DNA of 64,000 nucleotides from an uncultured Gammaproteobacteria bacterium (GTDB lineage Bacteria; Pseudomonadota; Gammaproteobacteria; CAZYYU01): NCBI GenBank assembly GCA_964651735.1, contig CAZYYU010000002.1, positions 69,931 to 133,930 of the forward strand, read 5' to 3'. Shown piece by piece: positions 55,430 to 64,000 of this stretch (position 1 is its first letter; each line of letters starts with the position of its first letter). The notes under the pieces were generated by a model. It saw only the letters and a program-made list of their open reading frames with translations, ran no database searches and was not told where the DNA came from. The position numbers and the translations under genes were made by a program.

Positions 55430-56821
55430 TTAACCCTCATCGTGTCGTCGCCAACGTGTGCCATCGGGGCCATCTTCTAGTGTTATATGCAATTGAGTGA
55501 GTTTTTCTCGTATAGTATCTGCCGTTTTCCAGTCTTTTTGTGCTCTGGCTGTTTCACGTTCTAGAATTAAATTTTCTATTAAGATGAGTTCTTCTGAGCT
55601 TAATCCTGCGTGTAAAAATGCTTCGGGTTTTAATGTTAGGAAACCTAAAATTCCGCCTAAGCGTTTTAATAAGGTGCCGTATTTTGCGGCTTCTGTGAGC
55701 TTGCCGTCTTTTTTTAATGTGTTGATTTGTCGGGCAAGGTCGAATAATACTGAAAATGCGACGGGGGTATTAAAATCGTCATCCATGGCTTCGATAAAAC
55801 TTTGTTCGTAATCTCCCATGTTTTCATCTTCTTGAGCGTCGGGTAAATCGCGAAGGGTTGAGTAGAATCGTTGCAGCGCAAAATGTGCACTGTCTAAATT
55901 ATCGTCGGCGTAATTGATCGGGCTGCGATAGTGGCTGGCTAGCATAAAATAGCGAACCACTTCGGGGTGATATTGTTTTAAGATTTCTCGAATGGTGAAA
56001 AAATTATTGAGTGATTTTGACATTTTTTCTTCGTTGATTTTCACAAAGCCGACGTGCATCCACGTTTTTACCGCTTGTGTTCCGAGGGCCGCGTCGGATT
56101 GTGCGACTTCATTTTGATGATGAGGAAATTGCAAATCTAAACCACCACCATGAATATCAAATTCCTTTCCCAAACATTCTGCCGACATCGCTGAACATTC
56201 GATGTGCCAACCAGGTCTGCCCGCGCCCCAGGGTGAATCCCACTGGGGTTCTTCAGGTTTGGCCATTTTCCAGAGCACGAAATCCAGTGGATCACGCTTT
56301 TCATCTAAGACATTGACTCGTGCGCCTGACTTAAGATTTTCTAAATCTTGATGCGCTAATTGTCCGTATTTTTTGAATTTACTCACCTCATAATAAATGT
56401 CGCCACTTTTTACTTGATAAGCAAAACCTTTGTCGATCAAGGTTTGGATCATCGCAATAATATCATCCACATGTTGCGTGGCTCTAGGTACTATATTCGG
56501 TTGCTCTACACCCAGTGAAGCTTCATCTTCGTGCATGGCTTTGATCATTTTTTCGGTTAATTCTTTAATGGGAATATTATCTTGTGCAGCACGATTAATA
56601 ATTTTATCATCAATATCAGTAATATTTCGAACGTAAGTCACGTTATAGTCTCGATAACGTAAATATCTGGCTATCATATCGAAGACAACAAACATTCTAC
56701 CATGCCCAATATGACAAAAATCATAAACCGTCATTCCACACACATACATGCTGACCTGGCCTTTAATAATCGGTTTAAATATTTCTTTTTTTTGAGTTAA
56801 GGTGTTGTAAATTGTCAACAT
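55430..56821 (-). CDS. cysS: Cysteine--tRNA ligase.
   Basis: HIGHGR (HIGH) and KMSKSLNN (KMSKS) motifs; 463 aa. Confidence 0.97.
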   Translation of the reverse strand: MLTIYNTLTQKKEIFKPIIKGQVSMYVCGMTVYDFCHIGHGRMFVVFDMIARYLRYRDYNVTYVRNITDIDDKIINRAAQDNIPIKELTEKMIKAMHEDEASLGVEQPNIVPRATQHVDDIIAMIQTLIDKGFAYQVKSGDIYYEVSKFKKYGQLAHQDLENLKSGARVNVLDEKRDPLDFVLWKMAKPEEPQWDSPWGAGRPGWHIECSAMSAECLGKEFDIHGGGLDLQFPHHQNEVAQSDAALGTQAVKTWMHVGFVKINEEKMSKSLNNFFTIREILKQYHPEVVRYFMLASHYRSPINYADDNLDSAHFALQRFYSTLRDLPDAQEDENMGDYEQSFIEAMDDDFNTPVAFSVLFDLARQINTLKKDGKLTEAAKYGTLLKRLGGILGFLTLKPEAFLHAGLSSEELILIENLILERETARAQKDWKTADTIREKLTQLHITLEDGPDGTRWRRHDEG

Positions 56822-57894
56822 AAATATTTTCCGAATTGATTAGACATGATAGCCTCAAGTGAAAAATTCTCTAAGAAAATCACACCGGAATATTTCTCAG
56901 GGTGATGTAAGACAATATCAACTATAGCAGCTGCTGCACTCGCCGTAGAGACTTGAATGGCTGACCAGGATTGAGAAAATATTTTTTTAGGATGAATTTT
57001 TAACACAAAATTATCCTCCTGAAACTCACCATTTTTCTGGCCTGAAACAGAAATATAAATGATCATCACATCATTATCACTGTGGGGCAAGGCGCGTAAT
57101 AATATTTTCTTTAAGGTTTCTCGATCTTCGTTTAGATGCAAATCTTGCATTAAAAAACGCATTTTTTCGCAATGACCGGGATACCGGATGGTTTTATAAT
57201 TTAGTGTATTGACTTTATTTTTATACAACTCAGCTAATGCCCCTATACCACCTGAGGTATTAAATGCTTCATACACCACACCATCGAGTTCAATTTCTTC
57301 TAGATCCTCTAAGGGCCTAAAGGCTTCATGTTTTCCTTCAACAATTCCATAACAGGTATTTCCATATTCGTTTATCAGACCATCAATGGACCACGCCAAT
57401 GCGTATTGTAAACTGTTGCTAACATTTTTGGGTAAGCACCCTGCTCTGAGCTTAACGGTATCTAAGCTTGAAAATTTTTGCATTAAGTCATTTGCAACGA
57501 TATTGATGAACCCAGGTGCAACACCGCAACGAGTAACAAAGGCTTTTTTTGAATTTTTTGAAAGTAATCCCACCCGTTTTGCCGTTTCCACATCTTCGGT
57601 TAAATCAAAATAATGCAGGTTATTTTCAGCGGCAAGCTCAGTAATTTTTATATTCATAAAATAAGGCAGACAAGCAACCACCGCTTCTATTTCATATTTT
57701 TTAACAATATCAACTAATACTTTTTTGTCAGACACATCTGCGCATTGCTTTAATAAATTTTTCGTGTGTGGGCTGTGTTCAAATGATGCAGAGTTTTGGT
57801 CTATGAGAATGACGTTGTAACATCCGGTGTTGGCTAGTAATTGAGATAAGAGCGATCCTATTCGCCCTGCTCCTGCGATTAATATGTTTTTCAT
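56815..57894 (-). CDS. Saccharopine dehydrogenase-like NAD(P)-binding oxidoreductase.
   Basis: N-terminal Rossmann motif MKNILIAGAGRIGS. Size and layout fit the saccharopine dehydrogenase family. GGAGG SD. Overlaps the cysS start by 7 nt. Confidence 0.65.
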   Translation of the reverse strand: MKNILIAGAGRIGSLLSQLLANTGCYNVILIDQNSASFEHSPHTKNLLKQCADVSDKKVLVDIVKKYEIEAVVACLPYFMNIKITELAAENNLHYFDLTEDVETAKRVGLLSKNSKKAFVTRCGVAPGFINIVANDLMQKFSSLDTVKLRAGCLPKNVSNSLQYALAWSIDGLINEYGNTCYGIVEGKHEAFRPLEDLEEIELDGVVYEAFNTSGGIGALAELYKNKVNTLNYKTIRYPGHCEKMRFLMQDLHLNEDRETLKKILLRALPHSDNDVMIIYISVSGQKNGEFQEDNFVLKIHPKKIFSQSWSAIQVSTASAAAAIVDIVLHHPEKYSGVIFLENFSLEAIMSNQFGKYLC

Positions 57895-57919
57895 TGATCA
57901 CCTCCCTCACCCTTCGGGA

Positions 57920-57939
57920 GCTCCCCCACAGGGGGGAGC
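57920..57939. repeat. GCTCCCCC-N4-GGGGGAGC hairpin (same family as 34826-34846).
   Basis: GCTCCCCCACAGGGGGGAGC lies between the nuclease stop and the oxidoreductase start. An adjacent CTCCC-N9-GGGAG hairpin (57902-57920) includes the downstream gene's SD on the minus strand. Confidence 0.65.
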
Positions 57940-57946
57940 AAAATAA

Positions 57947-58801
57947 TTAACTGTAAATCGTATTTAAAAGTGTTGCTAATCGATACCCTGCTATCGCCAA
58001 ACGTTCCATCACAATTTGCTGTCCTTTTATCACATATTCTTCTTTGGGTCGACTTCCATAACGAATGGAATAAACCTGTTCTGATGCAATTTTTCTGCCT
58101 TCTTCAGCCCAAATTATCGGACTACTATTTAATAAAGAAGGATTAAAAGTATTCATAGGATATTTTGTTTCAACCAGGGTTGCAATGTTACGAATACCGA
58201 CGGATTTTAATTTTGGATAATGCGTTCCATGTTTTCGAAATAAACCAACACCATCGTCCCAATATTTATGCAAGTTATTGGCATAAGGCGCTTTTATTTT
58301 CATTCCATTACCTCCGCCATCTCCTCTTTTATTGTAGCGACTGTAGCGATTAACAGTGTGCAGCGGTTGATGTGCATCACCTACAAAATGAACTAATAAT
58401 TTTAATTGCAATCGTTTATCTTCTTCAGAACTTGCTGTATTTTTTAAAGTTGTTTCAGCATTTTCAATAGCCCAAACGACATTTGGATTTCTGGGAGGTT
58501 TAATCTTTGTACCATCAGCACTGATCGGTAAACCAATATAATGACATCTATCAAATCGATGATCCCCTTGGCTACGCGTGTAGTCTGCCCACGTGGAAAT
58601 ATATTGAAAGCGACTCTGACCAGAAAATGCTTGGTCTTCTTGAGTCCACGTTAATTTATCAACGGCCTGTTTTGCACGTGGGGTTAGATGCTCATAGGCA
58701 ATGTGGGCTATTATTTTGTGGCCCGTGGAGCTCCACCCAAGTACGGATGATGTTGTTAAAAATAACAAAAGAATTAACCAATTTTTTTTCATAAATTTCA
58801 C
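57947..58801 (-). CDS. Secreted S1/P1-family nuclease.
   Basis: Signal peptide followed by WSSTGHKIIAHIAYEHL (mature N-terminal Trp plus His), and HFVGDAHQPLH. Both are hallmark zinc ligand motifs of S1/P1 nucleases. Confidence 0.8.
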   Translation of the reverse strand: MKFMKKNWLILLLFLTTSSVLGWSSTGHKIIAHIAYEHLTPRAKQAVDKLTWTQEDQAFSGQSRFQYISTWADYTRSQGDHRFDRCHYIGLPISADGTKIKPPRNPNVVWAIENAETTLKNTASSEEDKRLQLKLLVHFVGDAHQPLHTVNRYSRYNKRGDGGGNGMKIKAPYANNLHKYWDDGVGLFRKHGTHYPKLKSVGIRNIATLVETKYPMNTFNPSLLNSSPIIWAEEGRKIASEQVYSIRYGSRPKEEYVIKGQQIVMERLAIAGYRLATLLNTIYS

Positions 58802-58804
58802 TCT

Positions 58805-59743
58805 CTATATTTTCCTTAATAAAATTTTCTCAACCACATGGTCCGCTCCTTTTGCTAATATCAAGGAAGCACGAAATTTAAAAGGCTCTATATTTTCGTG
58901 TAAATTAACCGCATTAATTTTCTTCCAGACTTTAGCAGCAAACTTAGTGGCTTTTTTTTCTGACATTTTTGAAAATTGATGCATAAATAATTCTTTATGA
59001 TCTGCACATTGGAGTCTATAGGTCATAAATCGCTCAATAAACCATTCTTGAATGTCATTTTCATTAGCATCAACATAAATACTAAAATCAAAATAATCCG
59101 AAGCAAATACCTGAGGCGTATCATTAATGATACTAGGACCGACTTGAAGTAAATTGAGACCTTCCACAATAACAATATCCGGTTGCTCTATAGTTTTCGT
59201 TTTATTTTCGATGACGTCATAATATTGATGAGAATAAAGTGGGACTTCTAAAGGCTTTTTACCCGCTTTTAAATCTGATAAAAATTCAATCAGTTTAGTA
59301 CGATTGTAACTTTCAGGAAATCCTTTGCGATTTTCCAAGCCCCGCTTTTTTAATTCATTGTTTGAGTACAAAAACCCATCTGTCGTCACTAATTCAACTC
59401 GTGGGTGTGAAGGCCATCGAGACAATAACTCACGCAACAGACGTGAAATCGTGCTTTTACCGACGGCTACACTTCCAGCAACAGCGATAATATATGGCAC
59501 CTTAGGTTCAGGATGACCTAAGAATTGACTCGTGACATGGTAAAGATCTTGAACACCATTGACATATAAATTTAATAATCGAGACAAGGGAAGATAGACT
59601 TCTTCCACCTCATCAATAGAAATAGGTTCATTCATACCACGCAGGGCGCTTAGCTCTTCTGCGCTTAAGGGTAAGGGCATGTCTTTTCGGAATTCACTCC
59701 ACGTTTCTCGTGGAAATTCCATATAAGGTAGTAGGTGATCCAA
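58805..59743 (-). CDS. coaA: Type I pantothenate kinase.
   Basis: P-loop AGSVAVGKST and CoaA-like termini. Confidence 0.93.
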   Translation of the reverse strand: MDHLLPYMEFPRETWSEFRKDMPLPLSAEELSALRGMNEPISIDEVEEVYLPLSRLLNLYVNGVQDLYHVTSQFLGHPEPKVPYIIAVAGSVAVGKSTISRLLRELLSRWPSHPRVELVTTDGFLYSNNELKKRGLENRKGFPESYNRTKLIEFLSDLKAGKKPLEVPLYSHQYYDVIENKTKTIEQPDIVIVEGLNLLQVGPSIINDTPQVFASDYFDFSIYVDANENDIQEWFIERFMTYRLQCADHKELFMHQFSKMSEKKATKFAAKVWKKINAVNLHENIEPFKFRASLILAKGADHVVEKILLRKI

Positions 59744-59793
59744 AATTATTCCTTCAAATTATTGCGCACACTTCACAAATGCATTATTGTCAA

Positions 59794-61059
59794 ATGATGA
59801 ATGCTAGAATTACAAAAGTACAGCGTTTTTTCAAAAGCTTAGGTCCCGGAATTCTCTTCGCTGGCGCCGCCATCGGAGGGTCACATCTTATTCAATCTAC
59901 GCGCGCAGGGGCCAATTATGGCTATAAATTGCTGGCGGTTGTTCTTATCATCAATTTGCTGAAATACCCCTTTTTTGAGTTCGGACAACGCTATACGGCC
60001 GTGACTCAACAAAATCTCTTGCAAGGTTATGGCTTACTAGGCCGCTGGGTACTCTATCTTTACTTATTTCTCACCCTCTTAACGGCATTTCCAACCATTG
60101 CTGCCGTTAGCTTTATTAATGCAAGTATTGGAACACATATTATCGGAGCGACTGTTTCTCCCCTGCTTGTTATGATCGGTTTATTGGGACTGTGTTCCGT
60201 GATTTTATTATTAGGACGCTATGCCTTATTAGACAGCTCACTGAAATTCATTCTACTGATCCTCATTATTTCCACCTTTTCTGCTTTCCTTATTAGTCTC
60301 CCCGGTGGATTTCACAAGGTGATTTCAACACCAGCTCCCTCACTCTGGAACCTCACCGGTTTCAGCTTTATGTTGGCCTTAATGGGGTGGATGCCCGCCC
60401 CCATTGAAGTCTCTGTGTGGACTTCCCTCTGGTCCAAACAGCGACAGAAGCAAACTCAATACACCCCAACCCTCAAAGAAGCCTTAGTGGATCTACGCAT
60501 CGGGTATTTTAGTTCAACGATTATTGCCATTGTTTTCTTAGGGCTTGGCGCCATTGTTATGTTCGGGAGTGGTAAAAGTTTTGCAGAATCAGGACCAATC
60601 TTCGCTGAACAATTAATTACGATGTACACGCAAATGATTGGGGAATGGAGTCGACCGATTATTGCTATCGCTACCTTTACCACGATGTTCAGTACCACCA
60701 TGGCTTGCTTAGACGCTTATCCTCGTGCTATCACTGCGGCGCTTGGCTTGGTCATTCCTGCGACCAACCAATTTAAAAGTGTCCTCTATTGGTACTTTGT
60801 GTTGTTACTTTATTTTGTGAGTATCATCATTTCTGGATACTTTGTGCGCAGTATGCAAGCACTGATTGATTTAGCCACTACTATTTCCTTCCTCACTGCA
60901 CCCATTTTTGCTTTTATGAACTACCGTCTGATGACGCATCCTGATGTATTACCTGAGAATATGAAACCCTCACGTTTCTTATTAAGACTCAGTCAATTAA
61001 GCATGATATTATTGACCTTGACCGGATTAATCTTTTTATTTTGGAACTTCGTCCTATGA
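59794..61059 (+). CDS. NRAMP-family divalent metal transporter.
   Basis: GPGILFAGAAIGGSHL N-terminal motif and about 11 TM segments. The start is uncertain (ATG 59779, 59794 or 59797); the track start 59710 overlaps coaA. Confidence 0.75.
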   Translation: MMNARITKVQRFFKSLGPGILFAGAAIGGSHLIQSTRAGANYGYKLLAVVLIINLLKYPFFEFGQRYTAVTQQNLLQGYGLLGRWVLYLYLFLTLLTAFPTIAAVSFINASIGTHIIGATVSPLLVMIGLLGLCSVILLLGRYALLDSSLKFILLILIISTFSAFLISLPGGFHKVISTPAPSLWNLTGFSFMLALMGWMPAPIEVSVWTSLWSKQRQKQTQYTPTLKEALVDLRIGYFSSTIIAIVFLGLGAIVMFGSGKSFAESGPIFAEQLITMYTQMIGEWSRPIIAIATFTTMFSTTMACLDAYPRAITAALGLVIPATNQFKSVLYWYFVLLLYFVSIIISGYFVRSMQALIDLATTISFLTAPIFAFMNYRLMTHPDVLPENMKPSRFLLRLSQLSMILLTLTGLIFLFWNFVL

Positions 61060-61796
61060 TTCAATGCATCTCACCTCATTGGCCTGCGCCTAACACCGTT
61101 CGAGCCTACACGACCACGCGTATTGGTGGCCTAAGTACCGGAAATTATCAAGGTCTTAACCTTGGCATGCATGTTGGCGATGAAAATGAAAATGTTATAA
61201 AAAACCGTGAATTATTAAATAATGCTCTGAATTTACCTGAGAATCCACGTTGGCTAGCTCAGGTCCATAGCAATCACCCGGTCGAGGCAAGCACTATTCA
61301 GCAACATACCGAAGCTGATGCCAGCTATACCACGCAGTCTAATGTGGTCTGTGCCATTTTAACCGCCGATTGCTTACCCATTTTACTATGCAACCACGAA
61401 GGCAGCGAAGTCGCCGCTATTCACGCTGGCTGGAAAGGTCTTGCCACTCAGGTAGTGGCCAATACGATTGAATCGATGCAAAGCGATGTCTCTGAACTGA
61501 TGGCATGGATTGGGCCAGGCATCAGTGCGGCCCTCTATGAAATAGGACCTGAGGTAAAACAAGCATTTATCCATCAAAACTCATCCTATGAAGCAGGTTT
61601 TAATACCGTTCAAGGAAAACTTCACGCGGATTTAAATGCCCTTGCTCACATACAACTATCACTTTTAGGGATAAAAACTATTTATAGTGAGAAGTTTTGC
61701 ACCTATACTGATATACAACGGTTTTATTCAGCTCGTCGTAATGGTTTTCACACGGGAAGAATGGCCTCATTAATATGGTTAAGCACGGAGAATTAA
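61056..61796 (+). CDS. pgeF: Peptidoglycan editing factor PgeF (YfiH / laccase-domain protein).
   Basis: ADCLPILL and HAGWKG motifs. ATGA overlap with the preceding stop. Confidence 0.88.
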   Translation: MIQCISPHWPAPNTVRAYTTTRIGGLSTGNYQGLNLGMHVGDENENVIKNRELLNNALNLPENPRWLAQVHSNHPVEASTIQQHTEADASYTTQSNVVCAILTADCLPILLCNHEGSEVAAIHAGWKGLATQVVANTIESMQSDVSELMAWIGPGISAALYEIGPEVKQAFIHQNSSYEAGFNTVQGKLHADLNALAHIQLSLLGIKTIYSEKFCTYTDIQRFYSARRNGFHTGRMASLIWLSTEN

Positions 61797-61797
61797 T

Positions 61798-63165
61798 ATG
61801 AAAAAGTTTATGGTTATCACGCTAATGAGCATCGTTTTGATATTCAATCATGCCACTGCTTTCTCCATACTTCCTTCGAAGGATAATAACGCTAGCATGT
61901 CCAAGATGCTGAAAAATATTTTACCCGCTGTCGTTAATGTCACCGTTCGTGGAGAAATTCCTGCTTTACCTCCTCAAGTGAAATCGAGTCAACCTAATGG
62001 CCAAGCACCTCAAGCACAACAACCCGGCAGTAATACTTTTGAATCCTCAGGTTCTGGAGTAGTGGTTGATGCAAAAAATGGTTATATCGTTACTAATGCC
62101 CATGTGATCCGTTATGGAAAAGTCATCATCATTACCTTAAGTGATGGACGAATGCTAAAGTCCAAAGTCATCGGTATAGACCCTGCGACCGATATTGCCG
62201 TGATTCAAGTCAATGACAAATACCTTCAGGGCACTCCCCTGGCAGATTCATCCAATATTGAACCCGGTGATTTCGTTGCCGCTATCGGTAGCCCTTTTGG
62301 TTTACATCAAACCGTTACTTCTGGTGTGGTAAGCGCTTTGAATCGTAGTCTTGGAATTGAAGGGCCGAATGGCTATGAAAACTTTATTCAAACAGATGCT
62401 TCAATTAACCCCGGTAATTCCGGTGGAGCATTGGTGGATATGAAAGGAAATCTGATCGGTATTAACACCGCTATTCTCGCCCCCCGCGGTGGAAATATCG
62501 GTATCGGTTTTGCTATCCCCAGTAATATGGTCAAAACCATTATGCAACAATTGATTCAATACGGTGAAGTTAGACGAGGTGTATTGGGTGTTATGGTTCA
62601 AACACTTACCCCCGATTTGGCCGATGCCTTTAATGCGCCAAATACCGTCGGTGCCTTAGTCACCCATCTACAAGAAAATTCCCCTGCCGCTACTGCCGGT
62701 GTGAAAGAAAAAGATATTATTCTCAGTATTAATGACACTCAGGTTAAAAATGCCGCCCAATTACGCAGTATGATCGGCCTCATGGGCGTTGGAACCTCTG
62801 CTAAAATGAAAATAAAACGTGGTGCTCAAAATCTCACTCTTACAGCAGTTATCGAAAATCTCGATAAATTAAAAAAAGAAAAAGAAATAGCGAGTACAAA
62901 AAATCCACTCAGCGGAATGCGCCTCAATGACATTAGTCAGCTGGATGAAAATAATCAACCACTTAAAGGCGTGATTGTACTAAATGTAAACGATAATAGT
63001 GATGCTTGGTTAGCAGGAATTCAGCCAGGCGATGTCATTACCAAAGCGAATGACACAATTATCAATGGCCTCAGTGATTTGACAAAAATTGCCAATTCAA
63101 ATCCAAAACAATTATTACTCACGGTAAATCGTGGGGGTGCTACTTTGTATATGGTGATTTCCTAG
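61798..63165 (+). CDS. degQ: Periplasmic serine endoprotease, DegP/DegQ (HtrA) family.
   Basis: Signal peptide; catalytic TNAHV, DIAV and GNSGGAL motifs; two PDZ-like C-terminal regions. Confidence 0.93.
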   Translation: MKKFMVITLMSIVLIFNHATAFSILPSKDNNASMSKMLKNILPAVVNVTVRGEIPALPPQVKSSQPNGQAPQAQQPGSNTFESSGSGVVVDAKNGYIVTNAHVIRYGKVIIITLSDGRMLKSKVIGIDPATDIAVIQVNDKYLQGTPLADSSNIEPGDFVAAIGSPFGLHQTVTSGVVSALNRSLGIEGPNGYENFIQTDASINPGNSGGALVDMKGNLIGINTAILAPRGGNIGIGFAIPSNMVKTIMQQLIQYGEVRRGVLGVMVQTLTPDLADAFNAPNTVGALVTHLQENSPAATAGVKEKDIILSINDTQVKNAAQLRSMIGLMGVGTSAKMKIKRGAQNLTLTAVIENLDKLKKEKEIASTKNPLSGMRLNDISQLDENNQPLKGVIVLNVNDNSDAWLAGIQPGDVITKANDTIINGLSDLTKIANSNPKQLLLTVNRGGATLYMVIS

Positions 63166-63178
63166 GGAATTGCTCGGA

Positions 63179-64000
63179 ATGAAGAAAGCTTCGTTTTTTA
63201 ATACTAATTATATTGAAGCCGATCGCTTATTAGTCGAAGCCATCTCCATTCCATCAGCACCATCGCTAGAAAAATTACCCTTATGTTTAACTGCTCCCTA
63301 CCCTAACTCAAATTGTGTCGTACAATGTAGAAATCGATCTTTAGTGGTTATTGACCTCGATAATTTAAATACTAAATATGTTATTGAAAATGTCGATGAT
63401 AATCCCACCAATTTGTATCCAATGAATGCAGAATATATCGCCTGTTATTCCACCCGCACACAGGTATTATCAATTTGGTCTTTTAGATCTAAAAGAAAAA
63501 TATATGAACTCAGAATTGAGGAATCTAATCCCGAGAAAATTTCTTGCTTAGAATCAACGATATTTTTTGCACAGAGATGCGATATTTACCGATTAAGAAT
63601 TGAAATGGATAATGTGATACACGAGAGATTTAATCAACAATTAGATCGTTTGAATACTCTTATTGCAATTGATTCTACGACAGTACTTGTCACTCAACTA
63701 AGAGGTCAAATGACCGCTTATTTATATGTATCACGCGACAAAGTAATCTCTGCGTGTGACGGCTCACCCCATTTTGCGCTTACACCTCAAAAACAACTTT
63801 TCTATACGACTCATGAAGGACGGATTAATATTGCTGACCAAACAAGGTCCTATTCCTATAATTCCATACCAGAAATAATAAAACCCCTAATAAAACTGAT
63901 ACCTCTGAATAATTATTATTTACTCGTTTTCAAAGGTAAGCACGATTTTGACGAACTATTAAAAGACTCCTACTTTAGCGGAGAATTGAGTGTGTATAGC
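63179..64000 (+). CDS. Hypothetical protein, 3'-partial (runs off the window); absent from the supplied ORF track.
   Basis: From ATG 63179 I translated 274 codons by hand with no stop (MKKASFFNTNYIEADRLLVEAISIPS...SGELSVYS). No recognisable motif. Confidence 0.6.
   Translation, partial: MKKASFFNTNYIEADRLLVEAISIPSAPSLEKLPLCLTAPYPNSNCVVQCRNRSLVVIDLDNLNTKYVIENVDDNPTNLYPMNAEYIACYSTRTQVLSIWSFRSKRKIYELRIEESNPEKISCLESTIFFAQRCDIYRLRIEMDNVIHERFNQQLDRLNTLIAIDSTTVLVTQLRGQMTAYLYVSRDKVISACDGSPHFALTPQKQLFYTTHEGRINIADQTRSYSYNSIPEIIKPLIKLIPLNNYYLLVFKGKHDFDELLKDSYFSGELSVYS

Noticed and set aside
1-64000. I searched for CRISPR arrays, rRNA/tRNA genes, and integrase, transposase or phage genes.
   Set aside because: I saw no regularly spaced direct repeats, no GC-rich cloverleaf-like or rRNA-like segment in any intergenic region, and no ORF with recombinase or transposase motifs. 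Small RNAs cannot be excluded by eye.

Overview
This window looks like an AT-rich gammaproteobacterial chromosome. It resembles Legionellales (Legionella/Coxiella/Rickettsiella-like), but that placement is inference from gene content, not a database hit. I support about 55 coding regions and found no rRNA, tRNA, CRISPR array, transposase, integrase or phage gene by eye.

Blocks of confident housekeeping genes make up most of the window: gatCAB; dps, tilS, accA; a nudix-cysQ-mdh run; hemW; potABCD; sohB, ubiG, gph; pepN; the conserved dnaQ-rnhA...yafS-like-gloB-mltD neighbourhood; folD; cysS; coaA; pgeF; degQ. Between these blocks sit orphan genes that encode large, repeat-rich, eukaryotic-like proteins (ankyrin, TPR/Sel1, WD40, LRR, pentapeptide, coiled-coil).

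The strongest candidate for an undescribed system is a roughly 12 kb co-directional four-gene cluster on the minus strand (8527-20377).
- In transcription order it encodes a 1302-aa pentapeptide/WD40/LRR protein, a TIR-like plus ankyrin protein, an 856-aa TPR protein and an 1184-aa Sel1/TPR protein with a beta-rich C-terminus.
- A LuxR-family regulator follows on the same strand.
- None of the four proteins has a canonical Walker A motif, and no mobility gene flanks the cluster.
- It could be a split NLR-like/TIR sensing or defence module, or a set of secreted host-targeting effectors. The sequence alone cannot decide between these.

Other notable signals:
- A roughly 200-bp long-palindrome MITE-like repeat (2.5 copies) brackets a cargo gene. 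Its end supplies the -35 box of a near-consensus gatCAB promoter, and one copy encodes the first codons of an outer-membrane protein.
- A roughly 294-codon reading frame is split by one in-frame TAA.
- Two families of small GC-rich palindromic repeats are present; one of them encloses Shine-Dalgarno sequences inside operons.
- A pair of small secreted paralogues is present, one carrying a His7 tract.
- A coiled-coil protein carries a C-terminal LAS/M15 zinc-peptidase signature.
- An ORF missing from the supplied track runs off the 3' end of the window.

All domain calls for the orphan genes are motif recognition by eye and need profile or structure searches.
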